Made by a program: the position numbers and the translations under genes
The notes under the pieces: model-generated
Databases searched by the model: none
What the model saw: only the letters and a program-made list of their open reading frames with translations
What the model was told of the DNA's origin: nothing
From: Camelus dromedarius
Lineage: Eukaryota
Length of the DNA: 64,000 bases
Reading direction: 5' to 3'
Assembly: GCF_036321535.1 (NCBI RefSeq)
Contig: NC_087447.1
Location: forward strand, 32,180,001-32,244,000
Part shown: piece by piece, positions 1-11,620 of the stretch
Layout of the letters: each line of letters opens with the position of its first letter
Numbering within the stretch: position 1 is the first letter of the stretch

Positions 1-42
1 GTGGTCATAGCTCAGGTAGAGTACTTATCACTTTGTAAGCAA

Positions 43-240
43 GATACAGTGGAAAGAGCATGGGCTTTGTCATCAAATAAATCTGAGTTTTATTTTTGCT
101 TCCATTACATAGCAGGGGCTCTTTGAGCCTCAATTCTTCACTTTTAAAAAAGAAATGTAATGCTGACAATGCAAGGATATAATGACATATTTCAAGTACC
201 TATCATTGTGTCTAGACGTGGTTGGGTTTGCAAATAAAAA
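43..240 (+). mobile_element. MIR SINE remnant
   Basis: cagtggaaagagcatgggcttt...tctttgagcctcaattcttca...aagtacctatcattgtgtctag follows the MIR head, core and tail order; highly diverged. Confidence 0.65.
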
Positions 241-424
241 AAAAATAGTGTTTCTCCTTACTTTACAGCTCATCACTTCAGTAGATGGTAAGCTCGTTGG
301 TATCAGGTCTCTAACGTATTCACCTGGGCCTCTAATAGAGTAGCTAACACGTAGCTAGAGCCCGGTACACATTAATTGGTTCGAAGCAAATCAGCTCTAA
401 GGGTCAGGTAAAAGACATCCAGAC

Positions 425-575
425 TTCATCCTTCCCTCTTTCTCCATTTCTCTTTCTTCTGCTTTCTTTCCTTTTTCTATCTCCAGATTCTTCTTTTTCC
501 TTCCTCTTTGTTTCTACCTCTTTCTTTTTTCTTTCCCATTCTACTATTAACTTTCTTCTCTCATTTTTTTTTTCT
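425..575. repeat. Pyrimidine-rich low-complexity tract
   Basis: About 150 bp made almost entirely of C/T (ttctctttcttctgctttctttcctttttt...). Confidence 0.85.
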
Positions 576-650
576 GAACCGGACTTTGTTGAATAACTAA
601 TCTTCCCTTTTCTTTAAGAGCAGATAAAAATCAATGTTTCATAGTTTGTT

Positions 651-680
651 TGTGTGTGTGTGTGTGCATGTGTGTATGTG
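651..680. repeat. Imperfect (TG)n microsatellite
   Basis: tgtgtgtgtgtgtgtgcatgtgtgtatgtg read directly. Confidence 0.9.
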
Positions 681-1759
681 GAAATAAACACAACCAAGTA
701 AAGCTTTTTCAGTTTGTTTGATTTAGTCTTGTTTCTTTCCTGCGTGACCCTTAATAAACTTGAAATCTTCTAGGAAAGAGTGGCTCATAATGGAACAAGG
801 ACCCACATCCTGGTTATACAATGTGAATGTTGAACTAACTGTGCTGGTATTTTCCTCATGATGACTGGCAATTTTGGCAAGGGGTCAACACAAACAACAT
901 GCCCAGAAGATAAAGATCTAGTTAAAGTAAGAGGATCTAAAGTCTCTTCTTTCTGCAACTCCATGTTTTCCTCTTTACCAGAAGAATAGTTTCCGCAGAT
1001 CGCAGAGAGAGGAGAGGTTCAAATACTTCTAGTGGGAATGGTCATCTCCCTGATGTCTTGTCCAGTGGCCACGGCTTTAGGTGATTAGTAACTCAATGGG
1101 AAATTCATTAGTTTTGGATCACAGCCCGATTCCCAGAAACATTTTATTTTCACCTTCACACCTTTTGAGAAAACTCTGCTCTTTGGTGCCTGGGTTTTGG
1201 ATCTGAGTGAACCTGTCATATCTTAATTATATTCAAAGCTACCCTCTTGACTTCTATTTCAGCTGTGACATTAGCCTTCACACTTGGATTGGCTTGAATT
1301 CTTCTGGCTTGAGAGTGAGAATTTCGAATGTTTTCTTTTCATCTGCAGACATCTGTATTCTGTTTAACTCAGGATTGTAAAACCCATGCAGCAGGAAGGG
1401 CTTGAGTACATTGTGATCACTGTGGGACTAGTTCCTTCTAGGCCAAGAGCTACAAAAATCCTCTTACTAGTGCTTTAAAAAAAAATCCTCATAATGAAGA
1501 CCAAGGACAGAGATCATCAAATTATTACAATTATAATTTCAAAAACCTCTTCTTTTTAAGTATAAGGGTTTTACTCATCATTCCTCATGTCGTCCATATC
1601 AGCTATATAAAATGAATTATTTAGGAAAGAAAATGTGTAATTTACAGTACTGTCTAGCCTCCTTTGGTGCTGAAGAGACACACACATACTACTTCTTAAC
1701 AAATTAGATGTATTTATTGAATGGTTTTTGTGAATGTGGAAGAATCATTGTCCCATAAC

Positions 1760-1975
1760 CTGTACAGAGCTTTCTCATTCTTATTGTATATTTGTATATG
1801 TTACTTCACATAATTCTCATTGTAATTCTATAAGGGAGGAAATGGGTATTATAAATAAAATATATAGGACTCAGAGATCAAATAATTTGCTAAGGCAACA
1901 TATTAGTGATGAGTTAGGACTAGAATACAGATTTTTTGGTGCCTTCTTAACTTGTATGTCTATAACTTCATGCTG
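1760..1975 (-). mobile_element. MIR SINE remnant
   Basis: ggactcagagatcaaataatttgctaaggcaacat...ttagtgatgagttaggactagaatacagat resembles the antisense MIR core. Confidence 0.6.
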
Positions 1976-2470
1976 CCTCTTAAAAATATGGTCACTAAGT
2001 TGAGGAAGTAAACACTTAACTGAAAAGAAAAGATAAATAAAATAACACAAGGTAGAAATCTAAGAGAAACCTTAACACTCCATTTTAGCTCAATTAATGA
2101 GGTGTTGTTAGTCCACTAGACTTGTGTTTTCAATTTTTTGCCCAAGAATTTTGTCATTAAATTGGGTGTTTGACATCTTCACTAACCCACGCCCTGTAGA
2201 AAGGGCTATAAAACCATCTGAGGCAGCATGAGTAAATGGCAATAGTGTGTTCTAAGATTAGCATGAAGTCCTGCTGCTTTCCAGGCTGATCACATTCCAA
2301 CTGGAGCCGTCTCGTGAATTCTGCTGATAAACAAACGGGTGAACAGGATAGCGGCAAAACTAAAATATTATTACGGTTTTTAATTCACAACTGAAGAATC
2401 TAGGGACACAACAGCTGTGTGTCTAAGTTGTGGGAAAAAAGACTCTAGAGGACATACGTTCACTTTAATT

Positions 2471-2690
2471 GTTTTCATTGTTTGTTTATTTATTTATTTA
2501 TTGAAGTATAGTTGATTTACAGAGTTAGGGATTTGCAGATACAAACTACTATATACAAAATAGATAAACAACAAGGTTCTACTGTACAGCACAGGGAACT
2601 ATATTCTGTATCTGGTAATAACTGATAATGAAAAAGAATATAAAAAAGAATATATATATATATAAATGTGTAACTGAATCACTATACTGT
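2471..2690 (-). mobile_element. 5'-inverted, truncated L1 (cetartiodactyl-type 3' UTR)
   Basis: T-rich tail 2471-2500. 2501-2521 is the exact reverse complement of the L1 end at 41261-41281. 2522-2690 is L1 3' UTR in the opposite orientation. Degenerate TSD gttcactttaatt (2458-2470) / gttcaccttaaatt (2689-2702). Confidence 0.85.
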
Positions 2691-4149
2691 TCACCTTAAA
2701 TTTTTGAGGGAACATCCTGTACAAGAAAACAGATTTAGTCACATACTCTCTATGTTTGAAAAGCAGTGATAAGCATTTTGAGTATTGTCAGTAAAGACGG
2801 GGAATATAAGATTTGTACATACTAATAGCCATTAGTATTTTTCAAAATTATTCTCTACAGTAAGAGTCTTACGTGGTGTAATGCTCTCGAATATTCAGTA
2901 GTCATTGGAATTTGGGGGCTTTTTAAAACCCACTCAAAATTTTGCTGTATTTTCCATCACTAAATTTCATTTTCATGGAAAGATAATGCTAGGAATGCCA
3001 AATGCGTCCCTCTGTAAATAATCTGTAGTCCAAAAGAAGATATACATACAACTGTAGTTTGGGGTGAATAAAGAGTTAGGATTTCTTAGAAAATGGCCAA
3101 TGCACAATGAAATATTAAATATTCTGGGTTGCTTTGGTAATCTTCGGTAAATCAACAGTGCTCCTCTAACAATGGGTTCTGAAAGTTCACAACGGATTCT
3201 GAAAGCTGACTCTTGCCATCTTGAGAGTGAGTTCTTTTCCACAATAAGCTTCTTTGCTAAAGGAGTCTGGCAGGTAAGTCCTAGGCTTCAGTGCCCAAGC
3301 ATTTGTGGATTTCCAGGGACAAAAACGACTCAGGAGACAACGTGCAATGAGGGGTTTTGTTTTATTCTTAGATAAGAAACAAAAATGATTGGGTGAGAGT
3401 TATCGCAGAAAGAATAAGACAGATATGAAGAACACAGTGAAGATGTGCCGACATCAGAGTGATGGCTCTTCACGAGTAGTTGATAAATACGTATTGAATT
3501 TAATAAATATATATATATATAACTGTTGAGTTTAGCTAAGCTACTCCATGGTATTGCTGCCTCAATCCCCATTTTGTTTGGCCACGAGATCTGCAGGGGC
3601 CTGAAGCTGACCCTAGCCCCCCTGTGCAAGCGCATGTCCAAATAAAGGCATGAGCCCGGGTCCAGCCTCTGTCTCTGTCTGCCTTCTGACTTGACCTCTA
3701 CACGTAGCCTCTCAAGGCATGTCTTGTATTTTCTCCAGGGCCTGCAGTAATGAACTTCTCTATTTAAATTTCTCTTACGGTTTTTTTTTGTTGTTGTTGT
3801 TGAACTCCTTTTGTTGAACCAATTTGGCCTCTGAGCTCCACTTGACAAATGTTCATTTAACAAAGTCATAATGGTAACATCACTTGACCACTTGAAGGAT
3901 TTTAGAGCTTTGGGCAGAAGTTCAAGGTTTCCAGTTAGGACAGCACTTTTCTAGCCCAGAGACGGCAATGCTGAACATTGCAGGGCACTGTCTGCCTAGA
4001 GTGACCAGTGGATACGGCAGATCAAAAGGATGAATTTGGGTAGAACATGAGCAAAACCTAGAAGGCGTGGACAAATGTCAGAATTATTTATCTACCGTGA
4101 GTAATTCTATCCAAGTCTTACTTCAGCCTTCTTTTTAAGGTTCATATCC

Positions 4150-4555
4150 TACAGATTTTTTTCAAGGACCTCTGTATACCCCAGATTATTTGCTCTTTCC
4201 CCTAATTACATGTGAATGTAAATGCTGTTCCTTCTAACTGGAATGCACTTCTTACCCTTCTTCTCCCACCTGGACAACTCCTACTCATTCCTTAAGGTCC
4301 AATTCAAATGTCGTCTTTAATGGTACTTTCATTCCTCTTCCTGATCTTCCAGCAGAAATAGATTTTTTTCCTCCAATGTCGTCCTCACTATGTTGTTAGT
4401 AAATTAACCATGTCATTTTATGATCATGTATTCACATCCTTTCCTACCAGATTAAGAATTATTTGAGAGTCATTGTGTCATGTTACTGTTTGAATCCTTG
4501 GCATCTATCATAATGCTTGGCATATAGTAAGTCTGATAAATAAATGAATGAATGG
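4150..4555 (+). mobile_element. L2 LINE 3' fragment
   Basis: cctggacaactcctactcattccttaaggtccaattcaaatgtc ... aatgcttggcatatagtaagtctgataaataaatgaatgaat is a typical L2 3' end with (ATGA)n tail. Confidence 0.75.
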
Positions 4556-5169
4556 TTAGAAGTAGGGATGGTGAATATATACCTTTGAATTACTCCTATT
4601 CACTCTCTAGTCTCTCATTAATTCATTCAATCAAGCATGCATTTAGTCAGCAAAAAATGTGTATTGAACACCTCCCATGCTATTGTCTAGAAATATTACT
4701 CACATCATTAGACTGAGAGGATTGATTTTTTTCCCCCAACATTCAATATCCACCATTCTCCTCCAGATCATCCCTGACGCTGTGAGCTGTTCAGTCTCCC
4801 AGGCCACAGTAACTAATAGCTTTCTCCCATGCTCCCTTTACCCGGGCGACTACTGCTGCTGCACAGCTTAGAAGCTGAGCTCTCTAGGGAATCTGTTTCC
4901 AGATTTGATTTATGCCTGACTCAACCCTGTAGCCATTTGAAGGTAAGGTCAATAGTTCTGTGAGAGTTTCTGCTCTTTGATGCTGTGGAGGGTCAGCTTA
5001 TGAGCACTGTGGCAAAATGGATCTAATAGAAGCTAAGGAAGCCAGCATACATTTCCCTGGTAGGCACCTTGGCCCCAGAAGTCCAGTTTTTGAACTAGGA
5101 TGCCTCCTGTGAGCCTGATGTGGCTCAGAGGAGAGGACACTGCCTGCTGTAAGTGACAGGATGGGGGCA

Positions 5170-5375
5170 GAGCGGGTGAGTACAAAGCACTCTGTGAGCG
5201 CACTTGATATCGACGTAAACACATCTCAACCAAACATCACAACAACCCTCTGCAATAGGGATGGTGATCCCCTGCTTACAGAAAGGAAAATGAGGTACAG
5301 AGAACTGATAAGTTAGAGCCACAGCCAGGAAGTGATAGTCAGACCTAGTTGATTTCAAGGTCCAAGAGTGCACTA
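5170..5375 (-). mobile_element. MIR SINE
   Basis: atcacaacaaccctctgcaataggg...ttacagaaaggaaaatgaggtacagaga antisense MIR core. Confidence 0.7.
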
Positions 5376-5757
5376 TTTTTTTTTTCTGTATAATCACCTA
5401 CCATTCCAGAAAAGCTGATTTCAACTCAATATAAAGCAAGACTTCTAAAAACTAGAGCTATCAAATGAATAAATGTCTTTAAAACTTAGGGAACTCATTA
5501 AGCAGAATTTAACCAGAGGTCAGAAGAAAATGAGAGAATAAAACTGTCAAGGAAGTCAGAAAGGTATTTGTCAGGGAGCTATTTTATAGATTCCCCTCTT
5601 TGACTAAAACTTTATGATTATGTATCAGTTATAGACAGATAGACATACATATGCATATATACATAGAAGGTCCTCATGGCGATGAGGCAAAGAGTAACAA
5701 ACTTAAAACTATATGTGCCCAAAATGTAACTGTACATAATAATTACAGTACTACTGC

Positions 5758-5758
<1 letters not shown>

Positions 5759-5803
<45 letters not shown>
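5759..5803. repeat. Perfect (AAT)15 microsatellite
   Basis: 15 uninterrupted AAT units; they produce the poly-N and poly-I runs in the ORF track. Confidence 0.95.
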
Positions 5804-5805
<2 letters not shown>

Positions 5806-5814
5806 AACTTCTAA

Positions 5815-5985
5815 ACCATGTCAAGAGATGTGCTTAACTCATGTCATACATTATCTCCTCATAATAATAGTAGCTGCCTTACAGGAATGTTGTAAGAATT
5901 AAGTTAATACATTTAAACAACTTAGAACAGTGGCTGACACATAGTAAGTGTTGAATAAACATTCATTGTTCTTACTATTACTACC
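5815..5985 (+). mobile_element. MIR SINE 3' half
   Basis: ataataatagtagctgccttacaggaatgttgtaagaattaag...cttagaacagtggctgacacatagtaagtgttgaataaa. Confidence 0.75.
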
Positions 5986-6654
5986 ACCCCTTGCACCAAG
6001 GAGCATAACAGAACACCAATAAGCCGCATGTGCTGGAGACTTCATTAAGTCTCCTGTTTCCTTACTTAAATTCAGTAAGGAAACAGGGAAAGAGAATCAA
6101 AGCGAGTAGAGTGAGCAAGTTGTCTTACTATTTATTACAATGTGGGTAAAGGCAAATTGGTATTTTTAAAACACCATGTATCACAATCTAGAGTAAATAA
6201 TTTAGGCAAGTGTCTTAATCTTGCAAAGCTTTAGTTTCCTTGTCCTTAAAAAGGGAGTAATTATAAAGCAGTTACCTCATAGGGTTATTTTGAAGATTAT
6301 ATAATATCATGCACTCAAAGCACAAGGTCTAGTGCTTGGAAAATGGATGCCTTTAAAAAAAATCTCCAGATATTTAAAATAACTGAGATTCACAAGTTAG
6401 CATAAAATATCTTCAGGACATTTTCTTTCTGTTCTGCCTCCTCCCTCCCCCTACCCCCAGCCTCCCACAACCCCTGCATACCATTCCGTTGACTCTAATA
6501 TGCTTATCATAAAAAAAAACATATCTGTAGTTCCAAAATAAACCTTCATGATTCTACTGAAAATATAATTCAAAAAGAATTTATTGGGCATGTATTATGT
6601 TACAAGAGCAGTAGTGTAGGACACAGCTTGAAAAAGCATAAGCATAGATGGGAA

Positions 6655-6880
6655 AGGCAGACTGTGGCATAGAAGGAAGGACTTGGCTCAGAACCCCACA
6701 AACACCATGCGCAGTCCATGTGATTTCAGGACAGTGTTTTAACCCCTCTCAGCCTCAGTTTTCTCATCATCACATGGGGATGACAAAAGTATCCATCACC
6801 TAAGGTAGTTGAGAGGATTAGATAAAATAATCCATGATAAATGCTGGTGCAGAGTGAGCATCCCCTGTATGTCAATCATT
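6655..6880 (+). mobile_element. MIR SINE
   Basis: tgtgatttcaggacagtgttttaacccctctcagcctcagttttctcatc...gagaggattagataaaataatcc. Confidence 0.75.
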
Positions 6881-7750
6881 GCATACATGTATCTAAATGA
6901 CAACAACTTCTAAATATATATTAGGATACACTGTCTGATCATTCTAATGGGCATTTAGGGTAACAAAATAAAATATTTAAAATCAAAATTGACCTGAAAA
7001 TTCTGTAATTCAGGAACACTCACGCATGCACACACAACAGGTAGCTTCTAAGGAATTTCTAGGTTTGATGGGAATACAATACTGGCACATCAGTAGCAAC
7101 CAAGACCAAGAAACACTTGTGAATATACCAAAAATGTGTGAGATCTCAACTCTAAAAAAGGGGGCTTCAATAAGCAACTTACACTCACCGGATGTTGCCC
7201 ACACTAACAGTCACTCAACTCCCTAAGGACCGAGGCCATGTCTCTCCCATTTTACCACATTTTACTTATAGCCTCTCACATGGTGGCTACCACAAGGTCC
7301 TTGTTCAATGTATTAATTGAATAAAAGAAAAAAATGCAAAAATGATGGTGATAAATTCTCTTGTGGCACCATGAGAAATATTTATGTTACTCTATTCAGG
7401 AGAAAATGACACTACAGCGCTGTAACTACAGATCGCTAACTACATTTATTCAACCATACAAACTCACACTAGAAGGCATTAAAAGGAACAGAAAGTTGAT
7501 TTGTTAATACTGTCACAGGTTTTGTTTTGACCTACAGAGTTTGAAGACATCATAAAGACATACTGGTCCAATGTGCTCATATTACAGGCAAAGAATGAGG
7601 CCGAGAGAGGAGAAGTGATTTATTCAGGTTTATCCAGAATCAAATATCAAATGGCAGGTTTCTTATTTCTTAGTCTCTCGGGTTTTTCCTACTAGATCAC
7701 ACTGCCTCATTCCAGTCCTCGCTTATGCTCACCCCTCACTCTGGGTTCCC

Positions 7751-7796
7751 GCTCTCTCTCTCTTTCTCTCTCTCACACACACATGCACACACACAC
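7751..7796. repeat. Compound (CT)n/(CA)n microsatellite
   Basis: ctctctctctctttctctctctcacacacacatgcacacacacac. Confidence 0.9.
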
Positions 7797-8049
7797 CCTT
7801 AAGTACTTGCGTTAAGTGAATTTTATTTTTTGTCTCTTTATCCAGGATTTCTTCACGAAGTCAGGGAAAATAATCTCCCGATGTTGCCCCTCATAATACA
7901 GAGCACCTAGAATGTTTTTACTAAAGATGTATTTGAAGACTGATTCCCTCTACAGGAATTCATATAGGGTCTCAAAAGATAAGAGTTTTGAGATCTGAAG
8001 GGGGGGGGGGGGAGGTAGAGGCCATGTCAGTTGATGAAAAGTCAATAAC

Positions 8050-9090
8050 ATTCTCATAATAAACATTTATACTGCACTCACCATGTTAGGCCCTAGGAAC
8101 AGAGCAGTAAACAGAAGCTTCTACTATTCCTGTTCTCACAGAAATCTGCACAGTGGGAGAGGCAAGCATTCATTAATTAAATAGCTTGTGCTCGTAATGT
8201 ATAATCACACACTGAGAAATGTTCTCTGAAGTAAATGAAGATGGTTCTTGGAAAGCATATAATAGAGGAATTTTTCACTGGGAAGTGGTGCTTGAGTTTG
8301 AGATTTGAAGGATAAAGAGGAGTTAGGGGGTGACAGGAATGAGTATGACCTGATGAACGGAGGCTCAGTGAGGAGACCATCTGATCAGAGCGATGGGTAC
8401 ATGGTGGTGAGGAAACGGTGTAGGAAGAATGATATTGGAAATAAGGATGGACAGATGGATGGAAAGGAGGCCAGATTATGAAGGACTGTGAAAATACAAA
8501 GAAAATGCAAACAAATAATGGGAACCATTAAATCATAGCAAAAATAAAGATAGTAGAAAATATATGAGTATATGTACTTATACAATAAGTAATATTTATG
8601 TAACATGAGCCAGATTAAGCCAGGACAGTATCTCCTTTGACTTAATTATCTCCACGTTTACAGATGAGAAAACAGGCTCAGAGATGCTAGACAACTTCCT
8701 GGAATATGCCAAAGGATAAGTACTGACTTGAACTCGTGCCGGCCTGCCTTGGAGTAAAGGTTTTCCAGAAGAGAACTGAAGTGATGACAGCTGGTGACGG
8801 CTCGTAGAATGCATGGGAGGAACCAGAGCCAAGGGCTGTTCTGAATCCAAATGTGAAGAAATCTGGGCCTTAGACCAGAGTATTGGTCATGGGAATGGAG
8901 AAATAGGGTCAAAATAGGGGGGAAAACCAAAACCAAAAAACCAGATGACTGGGTACATCTTTGCTGGGGAACAAAGGCAAGAAGTTTGTTAGCTGTGACT
9001 CTAATATATCAAATTTGGATGATTTGGAAATTGAAGGTGCCATATTCTCTAGAAGAGAATTTTGATAAGAAGCTGTTTTTCTAAGAGACA
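8050..9090 (-). mobile_element. L2 LINE fragment interrupted by a MIR (~8580-8750)
   Basis: aaacatttatactgcactcaccatgttaggccctaggaacagagcagtaaacag ... cttgagtttgagatttgaaggataaagaggagtt are antisense L2 3' motifs; ttacagatgagaaaacaggctcagaga is a MIR core. Confidence 0.6.
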
Positions 9091-9353
9091 AGCATTAAAT
9101 TAGGAAAATGAACATCTGCTGAAATTAGATCGGGCTGGTAAGACTATAAAACTGATTTTAAAAAATAAGTTAGTAACACAAGGTTCAAACTTGTCTGAAC
9201 TGCGCTTTCAAATATTCATCAGTATTTACGAATAAACGCCAAACGTATTCAACTAATACATATGTTAAAATGCACACTACACGTCTCACTTTTGACTAAT
9301 GAGACTTCAAATCCACCCTGATTCACTCCCGTTTACAGAAGGAAATTAAAAAA

Positions 9354-9430
9354 TTGATTGGTTACTTCCTCCGCTGCCTGTGGACACCTTGATTGGCCAG
9401 CTGCCGGTGGCTAGGCAACCGGGCGGAGAA
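9354..9430. promoter_or_regulatory. Promoter-like motif module (two CCAAT boxes, ETS, E-box, RFX X-box, GC box)
   Basis: TTGATTGG twice (ATTGG 9357-9361 and 9392-9396), ACTTCC 9364-9369, CAGCTG 9398-9403, GTGGCTAGGCAAC 9407-9419, GGGCGG 9421-9426. The sequence is locally GC/CpG-enriched and does not look repetitive. Motif evidence only. Confidence 0.5.
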
Positions 9431-10345
9431 TCTTTGGAATAAGTAGCAGACTTCATCCCAGCAGGAGCCGTGAGGCAAGAAGCTCTGGGATCAATTAAAA
9501 TGCCAGGCTTTTCCAGGCTGGTTTCCAGCGCATCTGTGCATGATTCCACATAAATTTAGGGAATTAGACATCAGACAAAGGTAAACATTTCTGTGCTTTG
9601 CTTAGCATTGATTTAGAATGAGAAGATGAAATATGCCACAGTCATTCAGCCTGGAGGGGGTTTACACCTTCAGCTGATTTTTCTCTCCTCAATTGCTTTA
9701 TTATTTTAGGTATGCTGTAATCCAAGGCTGCTTAAATCATCCGTGTGTTCCTTTAAGGAGGGGAAAGAGAAAAAGAAACAAAGGAAAAACCAGTTCTTAG
9801 TTTCATAGGCTAAACAGCAGAATATGACTCATTCTTTAATTTCATAGTCACACCTCTAAAAGAAAAAAAATTGTTAATGCTCTTTATTTTCCAGCTGTTC
9901 GATCTCCTGAACTTGGTGTAGATAAAAAGCTCCTTCATGTCCCTATAGAGAAGAGAAAAAATTTTCTCCTTAAGAGTCTGTAAAAGTCTGATCTTTGCAG
10001 ACTCTTCTCCACTTCTGTTTTTTGTTCTCTTATTTTATCTATCCCTTGGAGTCTATAGTTATGGCTGGTTCCCTGGTGCGGAAGGTTTTGTATTGCCTGT
10101 GTTGGGTAGGGGTTGAATTCCCACAGACTCCTTTATGCCTGGGCTGAGGTCAGTGGCTGGAGATGAATCTCCGAGGTAGCAAGCATCAAAACAAAAACAT
10201 TTCACAGAGATGGGGAAAGTGCAGATAACAAACTGGAAGACAAAGACTAGGCAAATATCACAAAGGGCAAATTATCTTATTTTAAATCCTACAGAAAAGA
10301 CAATCACAGACAAAGCACAGAAAAAGCAGAAAGCCATCAGCTTTG

Positions 10346-10880
10346 TTTCACTACGCATAATACTCTCTAGGTCATCCACATTGTTGCAAATGATAGCATT
10401 TCATTCCCTTTTTATGGCTGAGTAATATTCTGTTGTACATACATGCCACATCTTCTTTATCCATTCATCTGTTGATGGGCACTTAGGTTGTTTCCATATC
10501 TTGGCCAATGTAAATAAAATTCAGACAGAGAAAGACAAATACTCTATGTTATCACTTATATGTGGAATCTAAAAAAATAAAACACACAAATGTATATAAT
10601 AAAACAGAAACAGGATCACAGATATGGAAAACAAACTAGTGGTTACCAGTGGGGAGAGGGAAAGGGAAGAGGGGCAAGATAGGGGTATTGGTTTAAGAGA
10701 CACAAATTACTATGTGTAAAATAAATAAGTAACAAGAATATATTGCACAGCACAGGGAACTATAGCCATTATTTCCTAAGAACTTTAAATAGCATACAAG
10801 TTATAAAAATATTGAATCACTATGTTGTATACCTGAAACTAACATAATATTGTAAAATCAATTAAAAAAAGGAAAAGTAA
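10346..10880 (+). mobile_element. 5'-inverted L1 (L1MA9-like 3' end) with 18-bp TSD
   Basis: Antisense L1 segment 10346-~10517, sense 3' UTR ~10518-10870, then an A-rich tail. TSD agaaagccatcagctttg (10328-10345) / agaaagctatcagctttg (10881-10898). Confidence 0.92.
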
Positions 10881-11199
10881 AGAAAGCTATCAGCTTTGGC
10901 AACATATTTAATGTGGAATTAAATGTGGAGCTTTGAGGTAACTTCTTAGTGAATCTGACCAACTCATTGTCTGCTAGGCTTCACACCAGTAACAAGCGTG
11001 GGTAAAGAACACCTCCAGAGTCCTTTTCAGATTTATAGTTGTTAAATTCTATGAACGAATTAAAGTTTTTAGATACACAAGTAAGTTTGAATGAACAAAT
11101 AAGTCACACAAATGGCAAATTGGTACCAGGTTACAGATAGTACAATTTTAGAATTATTAAAACATTCTAGTGATTGGAACCTTTTACTGCTATGAAGTG

Positions 11200-11405
11200 A
11201 CCCACTCTAATACAATGCTTTCTGCCTGAAAGTCTACTTAACTGATAATAGCTACACCTGTTTTCTTTTTCCATGGTATTTTTCTCATTCTTTTACTTTC
11301 AACCTTTTCTAAGTCTTAAGTTTTCAATCTTTTTCTTTTAAACTGCTTATAATGAGTTAAATTCCATGTTAAAAATCTTTGTCTTTTACCTGGAGCACTT
11401 AATTC
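11200..11405 (-). mobile_element. Old L1 ORF2 (endonuclease-region) fragment
   Basis: gcctgaaagtctacttaactgataatagctacacctgttttctttt...ttctcattcttttactttcaacctt matches antisense old-L1 ORF2 5' sequence as I recall it. Confidence 0.6.
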
Positions 11406-11429
11406 AAAATTTTAGAAAATCAGGGACGG

Positions 11430-11620
11430 GAATGAATATTTATTGAGCACCTACGGCTAGGCTCAGGGCTGTACACCTATTTTAGTTTTTAATTCTTACA
11501 AGAAGCTGGTGAGGAAGACACTGTTTCTATTCTGCAAGTGAGGAACCTGATGTTCTGTAACAGTCAAAGATTACACGGTGATGCACGACAAAGATCCTGT
11601 CTTACACAATGAGGTTAATC
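11430..11620 (-). mobile_element. MIR SINE
   Basis: aatatttattgagcacctac...aattcttacaagaagctggtgagg...tctgcaagtgaggaacctga. Confidence 0.65.

Noticed and set aside
1..30. tRNA A-box / SINE-head-like start (catagctcaggtagag)
   Set aside because: No B-box or SINE body follows; too short to call.
3330..3869. Longest ORF (179 aa, minus strand)
   Set aside because: Crosses (TTG)n, poly-T and (AT)n tracts, has no recognisable domain, and shows no convincing exon boundaries.
3951..3999. Possible hairpin (gcaatg-ctgaa-cattgc) as a pre-miRNA
   Set aside because: Only a 6-bp perfect stem with poor extension; no known mature miRNA recognised.
5618..5902. Poly-Asn and poly-Ile ORFs
   Set aside because: Translation of the (AAT)15 microsatellite running into a MIR.
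8000..8015. G13 run as a G-quadruplex element
   Set aside because: An isolated homopolymer with no functional context; its length is prone to sequencing error.
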